A stretch of DNA of 64,000 nucleotides from Bdellovibrionales bacterium (GTDB lineage Bacteria; Bdellovibrionota; Bdellovibrionia; Bdellovibrionales; UBA1609). The translations under genes and the position numbers were made by a program. Shown here piece by piece: positions 7,998-18,477 of this stretch. The DNA is taken from positions 1,504,001 through 1,568,000 of the forward strand of contig OZ241877.1 in assembly GCA_965203095.1 (NCBI GenBank). Direction: 5' to 3'. Numbering within the stretch: position 1 is the first letter of the stretch; the number at the start of each line of letters is the position of its first letter. The notes under the pieces are model-generated. The model was not told the DNA's origin. It was given only the letters and a program-made list of their open reading frames with translations, and ran no database searches.

Positions 7998-10817
7998 ATG
8001 CAATGGTTTAAATTTTCCCCAATAACTTTTCCCTCTGTTTCTTACCGGTCTATGGCCTATTTGGCCACAGTTTTAACTGGCCTGGCCTCCCTTTGTGCTC
8101 AAGTGGTTTGGCAAAAATATTTGACTATTTTAGTGGGAAGTGACACCCTCTCCATAAGCCTTGTGATTGCTGTTTTTTTATTGGGTTTGGCTGTGGGCTA
8201 CTATGTGTTTGGGAAAATTACGGAAAAGCCATGGACCCGCCATCGCCTTTTAAAAGTTTATGGTTTTTTAGAATTAGTCACTGCTCTTTATATTTCTGTT
8301 TTTTATATCTATTTTGAACCTTTAAAAAGTTTGAGCTTTCATTCCCCCCCTCATCTTTTAATGGATGTTTTTGTATCCTTTTTGGCTTTGTTTTTGCCTA
8401 CATTTCTTATGGGGGCTTCTCTCCCGGTTTTAACAGCCACTTTGCCGGGGAAACATGAGGAGATCAATCCCACTCATGTTCAAATCTATGGTTGGAACAG
8501 TTTGGGGGCTTTTCTTGGAGTCCTGCTTTCGGGTTTTTTCCTTCTTCCCCTCATAGGTTTGGAGTTGACTTTAATTTTCTCTGGAGGGATCAACCTGATC
8601 GCCAGTTTGATATTTATGGCCAACAATTTGAAGGGGCCGGTGCTCAGGCAAAAAATTTCTTCCCTTCCTTCACGGATCCCCAACTGGTTTTATATTTTCT
8701 TTGGTTTTGCTTGTGGGGCTATTGTTATCTCTTTTGAGCTTTTGTTTGTCCGTTTATTGAACTTGAGTGGTGGGCCGGGGGTTTATAATTTCCCCATTAT
8801 TTTGTCTCTGTTTGTGGGGGGCTTGGCCCTTGGAAGTTTAACGGTCAAAAGTCATAAAATTTCAACAAGTTTTTTTATAAGGCAAATTTTAATCAGCTTG
8901 GTTCTCTTGGGTTTGACTTATGTTTTTTCTCCTTACTGGTCAATATGGATCAGCCATATTCGGGTGAGTTTGCTCTCTATCCCTTCTAACTATTTTGTTT
9001 TTAAGGTTTTTCTTTATCTCTTTTCGGCTTTAGCCCTTTTTCCGGCCATTTTTTTTATGGGGCGACTTCTCCCTTTATGCTATGCTCTGTTAAAAAAGGA
9101 TGAGCGAACTTTTGGTTCGATTTGTGGTTTCTTGTATTTTTCCAACACATTAGGGACTGTTTTTGGAACGATTGGCATTGGTTATTTGGCTTTTTATATT
9201 TTTGATTTAGACGATCTGTTTAAAATCAATCTTGTTTTTTTGTCAGCTTTAGCTTTGTTCTCTGCTCTTTACGAAAAAAGACTATGGGCTGGTGGTCTTG
9301 CTTTTATTTTGGCCATCTCTTTTCTTTTACTTCCGGGCTGGGATCGCTCAGGCCATGAGTTAGGCTATTTTAGGATCAGAAGTCCTATGAATTTTCATTT
9401 CAAAAAACTTTTTTCCCTTCCAAGTAATCATCAAAGCTCTGTTCTTTATTTTAATGATGGGCCTAATGTTTCCGTCACTTTGTTGGGGCGAAAAAATGAA
9501 AAAACTCGTCCGGAGTTAAAAGCTCTTTTCCCCTCATCAGAGTATAGCGGGGCTTCTTATGTGGTGAATGGGAAAGCCATTGCCGACACTGTGGGAGATT
9601 TTTCTACCATGTTTTTGCTGGCTGGTTTGGGCTACCTTTATGCACCGGAAAGGGCGGAGGGGCTTTCCTCAGCTGTGATTGGTTTGGGCACAGGGGGAAC
9701 AGCAGGAGTTTTGGCTCACTTAGAGGATAGCCGGGATGTGACTGTTTTAGAGATTGCTCCTGAAGTGGTAGACAATGTGCGACGCGAGCCTTCCTATAGT
9801 TTTGGCCTGTTGGAAAATCCTAAAGCCAAAGTTATAGCACAGGATGGTTTTAAGTATTTTACAAAAACCAGAAAAAAGTTTGATCTGATCGTTTCAGAAC
9901 CTTCTAATCCTTGGGTGATTGGTGTGGAAAATGTATTTTCTCTGGAATTTTATGAGCTGGTAAAAAACTCTTTGGCTGAAGATGGGGTGTTGGTCCAGTG
10001 GGCCCAACTTTACAGTATTGATATAGACACTTTACGAATTATGATAGATACCCTTAACAAAGTATTTCCTCATGCTCGGCTTTACAGGATAGGAGGGCAG
10101 GATCTGGCTATTGTCGCAAGCCTTTCCCCCTTGCCACAAAGTTTTTTAGAGAAAAGATTTTTTAATTCTTTTCTCCAGCCTTATTTTAAGGCTTTGGGTT
10201 TTCATCATTTAGAGGATATAGATATGATTCAGATCTTTTCTGAAAAAATGATGTCCAAAATTGCCAAAACCAATCAGTTAGGGCCTCACACTCTCACTTT
10301 GCCTAAGTTGGCTTATAGGGGGGATAAAACTTTTTTCCTTGGTAGTATAATGACTCCTGAAAACTTAGCCCCAAATTATTTGTTTGAAACAGGAAAAAAG
10401 AGTCGAGTGTTTAAAAAATATTCTGGATTTTCTGATAAAAAACTCAAAGAAACCTGCATTCCAGAAGTTGGCTTTTTTTGCAATATTCTTAATCGGGCTA
10501 TCCAAAACAAAACGGCTTTTGAAAATAAAAAAGATAAAGCCTCTTTTCGCCTCAATAGTTATGTTTTTTTGAGGAGTCATGGTTTGATAGAGCATTCGGC
10601 TTCATTCCTAAAGGAACTGAGGGAAGATATTGTGGAAAATAAAATTCAAAGTGATAGCCTAATTCATATTTATTTAAATCATATTTTAAGCCAAAAGCTG
10701 TATGAGCAAGCCCGGAAGGACTTAGCTCTTTTTCAGGAAAAAGACATTTTAAAAGAAGATTCAAAAAAACGAATGATGGATTACATTGAGACAGTTAAAA
10801 AAGAGCAATCTTTATAA
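7998..10817 (+). CDS. Fused multi-pass membrane (MFS-like)/spermidine synthase-like methyltransferase
   Basis: ~13 TM helices followed by 'VIGLGTGGT', 'LEIAPEV', 'QDG', 'FDLIVSEPSNPW'. Confidence 0.85.
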   Translation: MQWFKFSPITFPSVSYRSMAYLATVLTGLASLCAQVVWQKYLTILVGSDTLSISLVIAVFLLGLAVGYYVFGKITEKPWTRHRLLKVYGFLELVTALYISVFYIYFEPLKSLSFHSPPHLLMDVFVSFLALFLPTFLMGASLPVLTATLPGKHEEINPTHVQIYGWNSLGAFLGVLLSGFFLLPLIGLELTLIFSGGINLIASLIFMANNLKGPVLRQKISSLPSRIPNWFYIFFGFACGAIVISFELLFVRLLNLSGGPGVYNFPIILSLFVGGLALGSLTVKSHKISTSFFIRQILISLVLLGLTYVFSPYWSIWISHIRVSLLSIPSNYFVFKVFLYLFSALALFPAIFFMGRLLPLCYALLKKDERTFGSICGFLYFSNTLGTVFGTIGIGYLAFYIFDLDDLFKINLVFLSALALFSALYEKRLWAGGLAFILAISFLLLPGWDRSGHELGYFRIRSPMNFHFKKLFSLPSNHQSSVLYFNDGPNVSVTLLGRKNEKTRPELKALFPSSEYSGASYVVNGKAIADTVGDFSTMFLLAGLGYLYAPERAEGLSSAVIGLGTGGTAGVLAHLEDSRDVTVLEIAPEVVDNVRREPSYSFGLLENPKAKVIAQDGFKYFTKTRKKFDLIVSEPSNPWVIGVENVFSLEFYELVKNSLAEDGVLVQWAQLYSIDIDTLRIMIDTLNKVFPHARLYRIGGQDLAIVASLSPLPQSFLEKRFFNSFLQPYFKALGFHHLEDIDMIQIFSEKMMSKIAKTNQLGPHTLTLPKLAYRGDKTFFLGSIMTPENLAPNYLFETGKKSRVFKKYSGFSDKKLKETCIPEVGFFCNILNRAIQNKTAFENKKDKASFRLNSYVFLRSHGLIEHSASFLKELREDIVENKIQSDSLIHIYLNHILSQKLYEQARKDLALFQEKDILKEDSKKRMMDYIETVKKEQSL

Positions 10818-10996
10818 AAAAGGGGGCCATGTTTTTTAGCTCCTGCCAACTTTTTCCGGTTGCTTCCCGGCAAGCCTCAATCCTCTAAAACAAGCCCTTC
10901 CCATGAAACCAGTCCTCTCATAAAAACAGAGGTTCTTTTCATAAATCTTGTTAAAAAACACATATAGACTTTGCCCAAAAGCCCCCCAAGCTTTTG

Positions 10997-11020
10997 GGCT
11001 CTCGTGAAAACGGGAATCCA
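10997..11020. repeat. Dispersed REP-like palindrome
   Basis: GGCTCTCGTGAAAACGGGAATCCA. Confidence 0.7.
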
Positions 11021-11393
11021 GGAAAATTTTTCTCCCTGAAAACAAGGATTCTTTTCAAAAAAACTTATTAAAAAGCACTTTTCTTTAGTTTTTTTGCGGA
11101 ACTATAGGCTGAGATTTAAAGTAAAGAGATAACTCAAAACCAATCCACACAACAAAAGAACCGTGGCCAGCAAAGATCCAATATAACCTTGCTCATTAAA
11201 AACTTTACTGCAATAAAATTTTTCTAAAATAAGTTTATAGTAAAGTTTTACTAAGTAAAGCAAAAAACTTTTTGTAGTAAAATCTTATTTACTTAACAAA
11301 GTTTCATTTACTTAAGTAAAAGCAAAAAAATAAAAAGTTTTAATTTTCAAAAAAAAGGTTTTTTTTACACATGCTCATGGTTCATAAGGGGGT

Positions 11394-11543
11394 ATGACTT
11401 TTTTTGTTTCATTTTTTAAAACTCCTTTTTTTCTAATTTATGTTCTGTTTTTAGTGGTGATTTGGGGGCTGATTATTGTTCTCTTTTTAGCTTTTGGATT
11501 TGTTGTCTTTTTTTTTGCAATGAGATTTATAAAAAGACTTTAG
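11394..11543 (+). CDS. 49-aa highly hydrophobic small membrane protein (not in the ORF track)
   Basis: MTFFVSFFKTPFFLIYVLFLVVIWGLIIVLFLAFGFVVFFFAMRFIKRL; AAGGGGG immediately upstream. Confidence 0.4.
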   Translation: MTFFVSFFKTPFFLIYVLFLVVIWGLIIVLFLAFGFVVFFFAMRFIKRL

Positions 11544-11573
11544 TTTCTTGGCCAATCAGCTGATAAGAACAAT

Positions 11574-11762
11574 ATAAAACTGCTGATTTTAATCCTTTTA
11601 TGTTTCTCAACCCCTGCATGGGCAAATACAAAAGCTTTGATTGAAAGGCAACGAGTCTTAGTTGAAAAATCCAGCCAAGCTCTTAAAGATTTGACGGATA
11701 TAACTTTGGAATTACTTTTTCCCCAACCTCCAAATAAGCCTCAAAAACCCTATTCTGGCTGA
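11574..11762 (+). pseudogene. Small secreted-protein gene with ATA in place of ATG (pseudogene or non-canonical start)
   Basis: (I)KLLILILLCFSTPAWA-NTKALIERQRVLVEKSSQALKDLTD...: Sec-type signal peptide ending in AxA. Confidence 0.35.
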
Positions 11763-11821
11763 ATATTTGGGCATTTTCACGAAAAGCTTGACATTCAACC
11801 CGGTGTTCATATAATGGGGGT

Positions 11822-12094
11822 ATGGCAAACTTTTTATCGGTTTTAGTTTCTTTAGGTTTTAGTGTTGAGAGCATTCTCTTATTTGGTGTTTTGTTTTTCT
11901 TTTTTATAAGGTTTGGCCATAAGTTTGAGCTTTTAAATAAAGAGATAAGTCACATAAAAGAGACTTTAGGTAAAGACATAGGTCACATAAAAGAGACTTT
12001 AAGCAATCATATAACAGATACAAACAAAAAGATTGATCAGCTGAATAGCAAGTTTGACAAAGTTATGGACTATCTTTTAAAGAAAAAATCCTAA
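11822..12094 (+). CDS. Small membrane-anchored coiled-coil protein with an internal HIKETL repeat
   Basis: N-terminal TM helix, duplicated GTCACATAAAAGAGACTTTA, coiled-coil tail. Confidence 0.55.
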   Translation: MANFLSVLVSLGFSVESILLFGVLFFFFIRFGHKFELLNKEISHIKETLGKDIGHIKETLSNHITDTNKKIDQLNSKFDKVMDYLLKKKS

Positions 12095-12165
12095 TACAGT
12101 TTCTATTGAGATCAACTCAGGAGAAGTGACTGATTCCAAACTTTTAGAAGTTCAGCTAATAAAAT

Positions 12166-13923
12166 TCAGTAGGAGGACTGTTCGTTGGCTTTTAAAAAGA
12201 GTAAAGATTTATGGTAAGGGTATTGGTTTAACGCTCGCTTGCTGAATATATCTGCTGTGGATTTATCCTTCAGTTTATAACTGCAAATAGCCACTCCAGC
12301 CAAGCCTGACAAATGATCTGGGAAGAGGGCAAGCAGTTCCCGCCATGTGGCCAAAGCTCTCAGCCAATCCTCTTTTTGCTCAAAAAGATGAGCCTTTAAA
12401 ATCAAAGGCAAGCTTTGTGTTTGATCCAAACTGTCATAATCTATGAGGGAAAAAACCTGTTCCGCCTGCAAGCTCTTTTCTTGCAAAATCAAAAGATAAG
12501 CATAAAGAGAAAGAAACAGAGCTGTCGGCCTCCTGTTTTTTGCCTGTTCAATGTATTTGGCCCCTCGCTCAAAATGACCAGTTTTTAAATAACAAAAACC
12601 ATTTAAAGCATTGAGCTGGCTGTTTTGTGGATCCCAATTAAAAAGGCTTTGGCAATAGGGGTAAAGCTCCTGCCAAGCCAAACTTTTAATAGCTGTAAAA
12701 GAGCTGTATTTATACTCCCTCTCAAAAAAAGGATCTTCATTTAAAAGGCTATGAATGGCTCGCCCCATATCCTCCTGCCTTTGCTCTCTCATATAGGAAT
12801 AGGCCAAAATGAGATAAAGCTCCTGCGTATACTCACTGAGTATTTTCACACTTTGGCCTAAAAGCAAGCTATCATTGATATAGGAAATCAAAGCTTGAGT
12901 TTGATTTTGTTGGAGGAGATTCAATGCCTTAAGATAAAAAACAATAGATCTTTCATAACCTGTGCTCATTAAAAGTTCTAAATAAGAAAGAGACCTGGAG
13001 CTGTTTTCCCTCTTCAACTCCAACACAGATAAATTGAGCAAAGCCAAAGGATCTTTCATCTTATCCCAAGCTATCTGAAAATGCTTTTCTGCCAAAGAAA
13101 AATCAGATTGGAAAAAGGCCAACAAACCCCTCAGTAAAAAACCTTCAGAGCGATCAGTTAAAACAGTTTCTGAAATTTCATTAGCCATCAAAGTGGCTTT
13201 TTGCAGTTGGCCATCTTGAAGCAATAGGCTGGAAAGAATGATCTTTTCCTCATCTGTCAAAATGTCTTCAGAGTGAGCTTTCTCAAAGTAAGGCAAGGCT
13301 TTTTTATAATCCCCCGCAGAATAAAAACTTAAGCCTTTGGATTTAAAATCTTCTCTAATAGTTTGTTTTTCTCGTAAAGGAGAGAGAAATTCTTTATAGG
13401 CAATATAAGCTGTTAAAGACAAAGCTAAAAATATAATGATTTTCCAGCTGATTTTGACAATAGCTCTTACTTTTTTCCTGACAATTAGCTCCCCCTGTTC
13501 CGATGGTTGATAAGGGGAGTCACCAGTTAGCAGATCCTTATTTGTGGCCTGCACTTCATACACAACTTTTTGGGCCGATTGCCTTTCTTCTATAGAAAGC
13601 TCCTTTTTCCCACCTTCAGTAGTTTCTCCTATCTTTGCTGTATCAGTTTTTGTTCTGCTTTTTTGTGTTTGAGAAAAGGTTTGGATCCGCCGGGCGGTTT
13701 TAGTAATAAAATTGGTCAGTCGGTCAGAAACATCCATAGAGCGAATGGCCTCTTTAAAATCAGAATGATCTCGCAAATAGTGATAAATGCTGAAAGGTTC
13801 TGCCACTTCACTAAAAGTGGAGATCTGGCCATTTTTGATGAGCCGAATCACTTCCTCTTTGTCAAAAGGTCCTAAAATTTGCCCATCGGAGCGGATAAGA
13901 AAAAGTTTTTTTGATTCAGACAT
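12166..13923 (-). CDS. Membrane-anchored TPR protein with N-terminal GYF_2-like domain
   Basis: 'LIRSDGQILGPFDKEEVIRLIKNGQIS' N-terminus, one TM helix, then TPR-like repeats. Confidence 0.65.
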   Translation of the reverse strand: MSESKKLFLIRSDGQILGPFDKEEVIRLIKNGQISTFSEVAEPFSIYHYLRDHSDFKEAIRSMDVSDRLTNFITKTARRIQTFSQTQKSRTKTDTAKIGETTEGGKKELSIEERQSAQKVVYEVQATNKDLLTGDSPYQPSEQGELIVRKKVRAIVKISWKIIIFLALSLTAYIAYKEFLSPLREKQTIREDFKSKGLSFYSAGDYKKALPYFEKAHSEDILTDEEKIILSSLLLQDGQLQKATLMANEISETVLTDRSEGFLLRGLLAFFQSDFSLAEKHFQIAWDKMKDPLALLNLSVLELKRENSSRSLSYLELLMSTGYERSIVFYLKALNLLQQNQTQALISYINDSLLLGQSVKILSEYTQELYLILAYSYMREQRQEDMGRAIHSLLNEDPFFEREYKYSSFTAIKSLAWQELYPYCQSLFNWDPQNSQLNALNGFCYLKTGHFERGAKYIEQAKNRRPTALFLSLYAYLLILQEKSLQAEQVFSLIDYDSLDQTQSLPLILKAHLFEQKEDWLRALATWRELLALFPDHLSGLAGVAICSYKLKDKSTADIFSKRALNQYPYHKSLLFLKANEQSSY

Positions 13924-13986
13924 ATCCTTCTCTCTTTCCTGTTGGAATTTTCAAACCACAAAAAACTCCTCGGCAGGAATTAACAT

Positions 13987-15528
13987 TTAATGCTTAAAAT
14001 GCCTCTGGCCTGTTAAAACCATATTAATATTCCACTCCTTTGCTTTTTTTAAAACCTCTTTATCTCGAAGAGAACCTCCTGGCTGGATGATCCAAGACAG
14101 CCCCCCTTGGCCTGCCAAATCTATAGAATCGGGAAAAGGGAAAAAACCATCACTGGCCAAAGTCAGATCTTCTGCTCTGCCAGGGTGAAACTCCTTTAAA
14201 TTTTGAAGTGCTAAACGCACAGCCGAAACACGGCTCACCTGCCCCATACCTAAACCTAAGGACTGCCCTCCCTTCACAATGGCAATGGCATTGCTTTTTA
14301 AATGGGCAGAAATTTTCCAAGCCAAAAGCAAATCTTTTTTTTGCTCTTCCGATGGCGGATTCCCTATCAACTTCCAATTTTCAGACCAAGAGTAGGGCAC
14401 AAAATCCCTTGTTTGACTTAAAAATCCCCCCATGATTTCAGTAAAAGAGTTTTTATCCCCGGAGAAAGAAAACATCTCTGGCCATTTTAACACTATCAGC
14501 TTTTTTTTGTTTTTTAAATTTTCCAAAGCGGATGAGGAAAAGTCCGGAGCTATTAAACCCTCTAAGAAAACCTTAGAGAGCTTTTCGACAGCTAAAAGAT
14601 CCAAAGGGCGGTTAAAAGCCAAAATGCCTCCAAAAACACTTAGAGGGTCGGCTTTTAAAACTTGCTCTACAGCCATAGAAATAGAATGAGATAAGGCCAT
14701 TCCACAAGGATTGTTGTGCTTGACTGCCACAGCACAAGGCTCTTTAAAACCTTTAATTGATGAAACAGCAGTTTGAAAGTCCAAAAGATTGTTATAAGAT
14801 AGATCTTTCCCCATAAGCTGGATAGCGGAATGAAGGCCCTGCTGAGAGCGAGTAAACCAATGAGCCTGTTGATGAGGGTTTTCCCCATATCTTAAACTTT
14901 TGAAAAAACTTCCCTTAATGGTTATAGAAGCTGGTGGGGCCTCTATAGCGGGATCTCTTTTTTGATAGAGTTCTTTTTGTTTGAGCCGATTTGCAATAGT
15001 GGCGTCATAACGGGAAAGCCTTTCAAAAACTTTACTGGCTAAAAGCTTTCTCCCTTGCAAATCTGTTCCTTTTTGAGCTTTAGAATAATCCTCTGGACAG
15101 CAAAGCACTGTGACACTGAAATAATTTTTAGCCGCCGCTCTCAAAAAGGCCGGCCCGCCCACATCAATCCATTCTGCAAGCTCTTTTTCATCTTGATAAG
15201 GATCTTGCTCTTCAAAGGGATAAACCTGCCCCACAACCAAATCAAAAGGCTCCAGGCCATACTGTTTTAAAAGATCCTGATCCTCTTTTTTCCAATGGCG
15301 GGCTAAAAGGCAAATATGAATATGAGGATGAAGGCTTTTGACTCGCCCTGAGAGAACTTCTGGAAAACCCGTCAAGCCCTCAACATCCTGAACAGCAAAA
15401 CCCTTTGATTTTAAAAACTGCCCTGTGCCACCTGTAGAAACTATCTTTAAACCTTGCTGAACGAGAGGTTTTAAAAATTCCTTTAGTCCTCTCTTGTTAG
15501 AAACACTGATTAGAGCTTTTTTATACAT
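13987..15528 (-). CDS. purH: Bifunctional AICAR transformylase/IMP cyclohydrolase
   Basis: ALISVSNK, STGGT, GRVKSLHP, LRYGENPHQ, KHNNPCG, KSNAI, ASDGFFPF, RHFKH. Confidence 0.97.
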   Translation of the reverse strand: MYKKALISVSNKRGLKEFLKPLVQQGLKIVSTGGTGQFLKSKGFAVQDVEGLTGFPEVLSGRVKSLHPHIHICLLARHWKKEDQDLLKQYGLEPFDLVVGQVYPFEEQDPYQDEKELAEWIDVGGPAFLRAAAKNYFSVTVLCCPEDYSKAQKGTDLQGRKLLASKVFERLSRYDATIANRLKQKELYQKRDPAIEAPPASITIKGSFFKSLRYGENPHQQAHWFTRSQQGLHSAIQLMGKDLSYNNLLDFQTAVSSIKGFKEPCAVAVKHNNPCGMALSHSISMAVEQVLKADPLSVFGGILAFNRPLDLLAVEKLSKVFLEGLIAPDFSSSALENLKNKKKLIVLKWPEMFSFSGDKNSFTEIMGGFLSQTRDFVPYSWSENWKLIGNPPSEEQKKDLLLAWKISAHLKSNAIAIVKGGQSLGLGMGQVSRVSAVRLALQNLKEFHPGRAEDLTLASDGFFPFPDSIDLAGQGGLSWIIQPGGSLRDKEVLKKAKEWNINMVLTGQRHFKH

Positions 15529-15669
15529 CCCACACCGCCTAAGGCTTATTTTAACAAAAGACCTCTCGCCTTCATAAAAGAGAAAAGTCGGTCTGCTTTC
15601 CTGATTCTAACATATTTTAACAAAAACAACAGGGACTAATATGAATTTCAAGCCAAACAAAGGTTATAT

Positions 15670-16803
15670 TTATCCATTTTTGTAGATTCGCTCAACCCTT
15701 GGGCCGATCCGGCACAACAGCTCATAAGGGATTGTGCCCAAAACTTCAGCCTGTTTTTCCAGGGACAAAACTTGTTTTTTTTGCCGTCCAAAAATAACCA
15801 CCTCTTCGCCCAACTTTACCGGAGGGCCTTTGCAATCCGTCAGATCCATCATAAAAAAATCCATACAAATAGCTCCTCTCACCGGCCTTTTTTCCCCTCT
15901 AAACAGGACTTTTTTTACTGTTCCCGCATTTCTTATAAAACCGTCCCCATAGCCTACAGACACTGTGGCTATTTGTGAGGGGCGGGTGGCTCTCCAAGTC
16001 TCTCCGTAAGAGACCACAGCCCCCTTCCGGACAGTCCGTAGGGCCACAACATAGCTTTTCCAACAGGATACAGGAGAAAGTGAGAGATCTTTCCATCTTT
16101 TTTCTGCTTTTTCGTTTTGGAAAGAAATTTTTGGCTTCAACCCATACAAACTGAGCCCCGGACGAGCCCCCCCCATTTTTAAGTTATGAGCATAAGAGGC
16201 TATCAAAGCCGAACTGTTTAAAAAGTGAATGTTAGACTCAGAAAATTTTTTTTGCAAAAGGGAAAATGGCAGAGTTTGATTAAAAGAACAGTTTTTTTTA
16301 TCCCCTAAGTCCTCACCGGAAGAGAGTTGCCCCGCCAAGCCCTCTAACTGAATTTGCGGGTGTTTTTTTAAAAAATCCTTAATTTTTTCTTTTTCATTCC
16401 AATTAAAGCCCAAACGGGAAAAGCCGGTGTCAAATTTCAAGTGGATGCGGGATGGCTTTTTTATCTGAGAAAGGCCCTTTAAATCTTGCCAGTTGTTGCA
16501 AACCAAAACCAGCCCTTCCTCTACAATCCAATGCAATTCCTCTACCTCTAAAACCGGCCCGAAAATCAAAATGTCCATCTCTTCCACAAACTCTCTGATG
16601 GACCATGCCTCACTAACGCTAATCACCCCCACTTGTTGAACCCCTGCTTGTAAAAGGGCTTGAGCCACTTTTACTGAGCCATGTCCATAGCCATCGGCTT
16701 TCAGCATGGGGCAAAAAAAAGCCCCTTCAGTTAAGCTCTTTAACAACAAACTATTCTGCTGGAGAAGATTCAAATGGATTTCTAAAACCGATCGATTTTT
16801 CAT
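15670..16803 (-). CDS. alr: Alanine racemase
   Basis: 'KADGYGHG' PLP lysine, 'HLKFDTGFSRLG', 'GYGDG', 'CMD', 'TIPYELL'. Confidence 0.95.
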   Translation of the reverse strand: MKNRSVLEIHLNLLQQNSLLLKSLTEGAFFCPMLKADGYGHGSVKVAQALLQAGVQQVGVISVSEAWSIREFVEEMDILIFGPVLEVEELHWIVEEGLVLVCNNWQDLKGLSQIKKPSRIHLKFDTGFSRLGFNWNEKEKIKDFLKKHPQIQLEGLAGQLSSGEDLGDKKNCSFNQTLPFSLLQKKFSESNIHFLNSSALIASYAHNLKMGGARPGLSLYGLKPKISFQNEKAEKRWKDLSLSPVSCWKSYVVALRTVRKGAVVSYGETWRATRPSQIATVSVGYGDGFIRNAGTVKKVLFRGEKRPVRGAICMDFFMMDLTDCKGPPVKLGEEVVIFGRQKKQVLSLEKQAEVLGTIPYELLCRIGPRVERIYKNG

Positions 16804-16818
16804 TTTGATCCTTTCCTT

Positions 16819-18369
16819 TTAATAGCGATTTTTTAAAAATCCCTTCAAAGGCAAACGAAAGCCTATTTTTAAACCCCCTCCTTCAGGGGAGGAGAAAAAG
16901 ATCTCCCCCTCATTGGCTTGAATAAGGGACTGGGCCAAATTTAAACCCGTGCCCACTTGATTTTTTGTAGAGTAATAGAGGCGAAAAAGCTTATCATAAT
17001 CCCCATCAGGAACCCCCCTACCATAATCTCTAACAGAAAACAGCACATGCTCTCCATCCTTTTTAAGGGAGAGGTCGATTTTTGGCCTTTCCATCCCTCC
17101 CATAGCCTCTATGGCGTTTTTGAGCAATTCACGAATAATGAGTCGCAAAAACTTTTCAAAACCAAAAAGTTTTATATCAAAATCAAAATCTTCTTTAGAT
17201 TCTATTTGAGGGAACTTAAGCTTGAGCCGATCCCACTCTCGCTGGATCAGATCCTGAAAGCTCAAATCATCCCTATTGACATCTGCCTCAGCCTCTACTT
17301 TTAAAAAGGGCCGGCGATTGTTGTAAAAATAAAGCCAGGGGTTTTTTAGGGACTGTGCAGAGGGAAATATTCTTTCAGAACTGAAAGACAAAAAAGCTTT
17401 TTTTAAAAACTGATAAGCTGACACTAATGGGAAAAGCTTAAAACAAGAAAGAACCAGGGACAGACAAACCAGAGCAAAACAGATAAAAAAAGCCTTAAAG
17501 GCCCGCCTCTCTTCTAACCACAATATTGAGGGAGCTTGCTTTTTGACCACTAAAAACAAGTTCCCCTCTTCCCATTTTTTCAGCTGGTGCAGGTCCCCTG
17601 TTTTTTTCGAAAACAAATAGAGCCGGCCATTTGAAGAGCTTTTTTTGGAGTTCGGCTTTAAATAATCCCTCAAAGGAGATTTTTTGGGAATTATTTTAAA
17701 AATTTGAGAGCTATTGCTATGGAAAAGGTATTGCCCCTTGGCATTAATAGCGGAAAAACCTTTGGGAAGAACAAAAAAACTTTTGTCCGGCCTGAGGAAG
17801 GCCATTTTAAGTTCTCCCTCACTTATAGAATAGGCAAAAAAAGCTATGGGAGCTTTTAACTCCTCCCTTTTAATTGTTCCAAAATAAAATGGAAAGTCCG
17901 GCGGAGGGCTCTCAGTTAAAGAATCAAGATGGTTTTGAGAAACAAAAGCACGAGTTTTCTGGATTAAAAAAGCCTTTCTTTTCTTAAGCTTTTTTGCTCT
18001 CCTTTTAGAATTTTTCATTTTTTGAGAGGCTTTTTCCTCTATCTGTTCTGGAAAATGCGAAGGCCAAAAATCTCCTGCTATATAGGCTCGCTCTTTTCGT
18101 GAAGAGTGAGATATCAAGAGGGCAAAAAAGGGGCTGTTTTTGCCTATCTTTCTTTCTTTTTGGATTTTTTGTGCTTCAGCTATTAAAAAATTTTTCTTTT
18201 TATTTAACAAAATGGAGAGGGAAAGACTTTGAGATTTAACAGATTGTTTTAATAGGGAGTGCTGTAGACGGGCCTTCTCAGGTTTTGCCAAAAAAAAGCC
18301 GGCAAAAAACATCGAGAACAAGCCGATCCCGGTGAAAACAAAAAAGGGGAAATAAAACCGCCACCTCAT
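16819..18369 (-). CDS. Membrane protein with C-terminal HATPase_c (sensor-kinase-like) domain; no clear H-box
   Basis: Two TM helices; N box (ELLKNAIEA), G1 (DYGRGV), F box (YSTK), G2 (GTGLNL). Confidence 0.7.
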   Translation of the reverse strand: MRWRFYFPFFVFTGIGLFSMFFAGFFLAKPEKARLQHSLLKQSVKSQSLSLSILLNKKKNFLIAEAQKIQKERKIGKNSPFFALLISHSSRKERAYIAGDFWPSHFPEQIEEKASQKMKNSKRRAKKLKKRKAFLIQKTRAFVSQNHLDSLTESPPPDFPFYFGTIKREELKAPIAFFAYSISEGELKMAFLRPDKSFFVLPKGFSAINAKGQYLFHSNSSQIFKIIPKKSPLRDYLKPNSKKSSSNGRLYLFSKKTGDLHQLKKWEEGNLFLVVKKQAPSILWLEERRAFKAFFICFALVCLSLVLSCFKLFPLVSAYQFLKKAFLSFSSERIFPSAQSLKNPWLYFYNNRRPFLKVEAEADVNRDDLSFQDLIQREWDRLKLKFPQIESKEDFDFDIKLFGFEKFLRLIIRELLKNAIEAMGGMERPKIDLSLKKDGEHVLFSVRDYGRGVPDGDYDKLFRLYYSTKNQVGTGLNLAQSLIQANEGEIFFSSPEGGGLKIGFRLPLKGFLKNRY

Positions 18370-18477
18370 AGAACTTACTGAATAGAGGAGTTTTTAATTA
18401 CTCACCTGTAAAAAAGCCTTAGACTTTTTCGGCTGGATCCCGGCAAGTTGCCAAATATGTCATAAATTACAAAGCTT

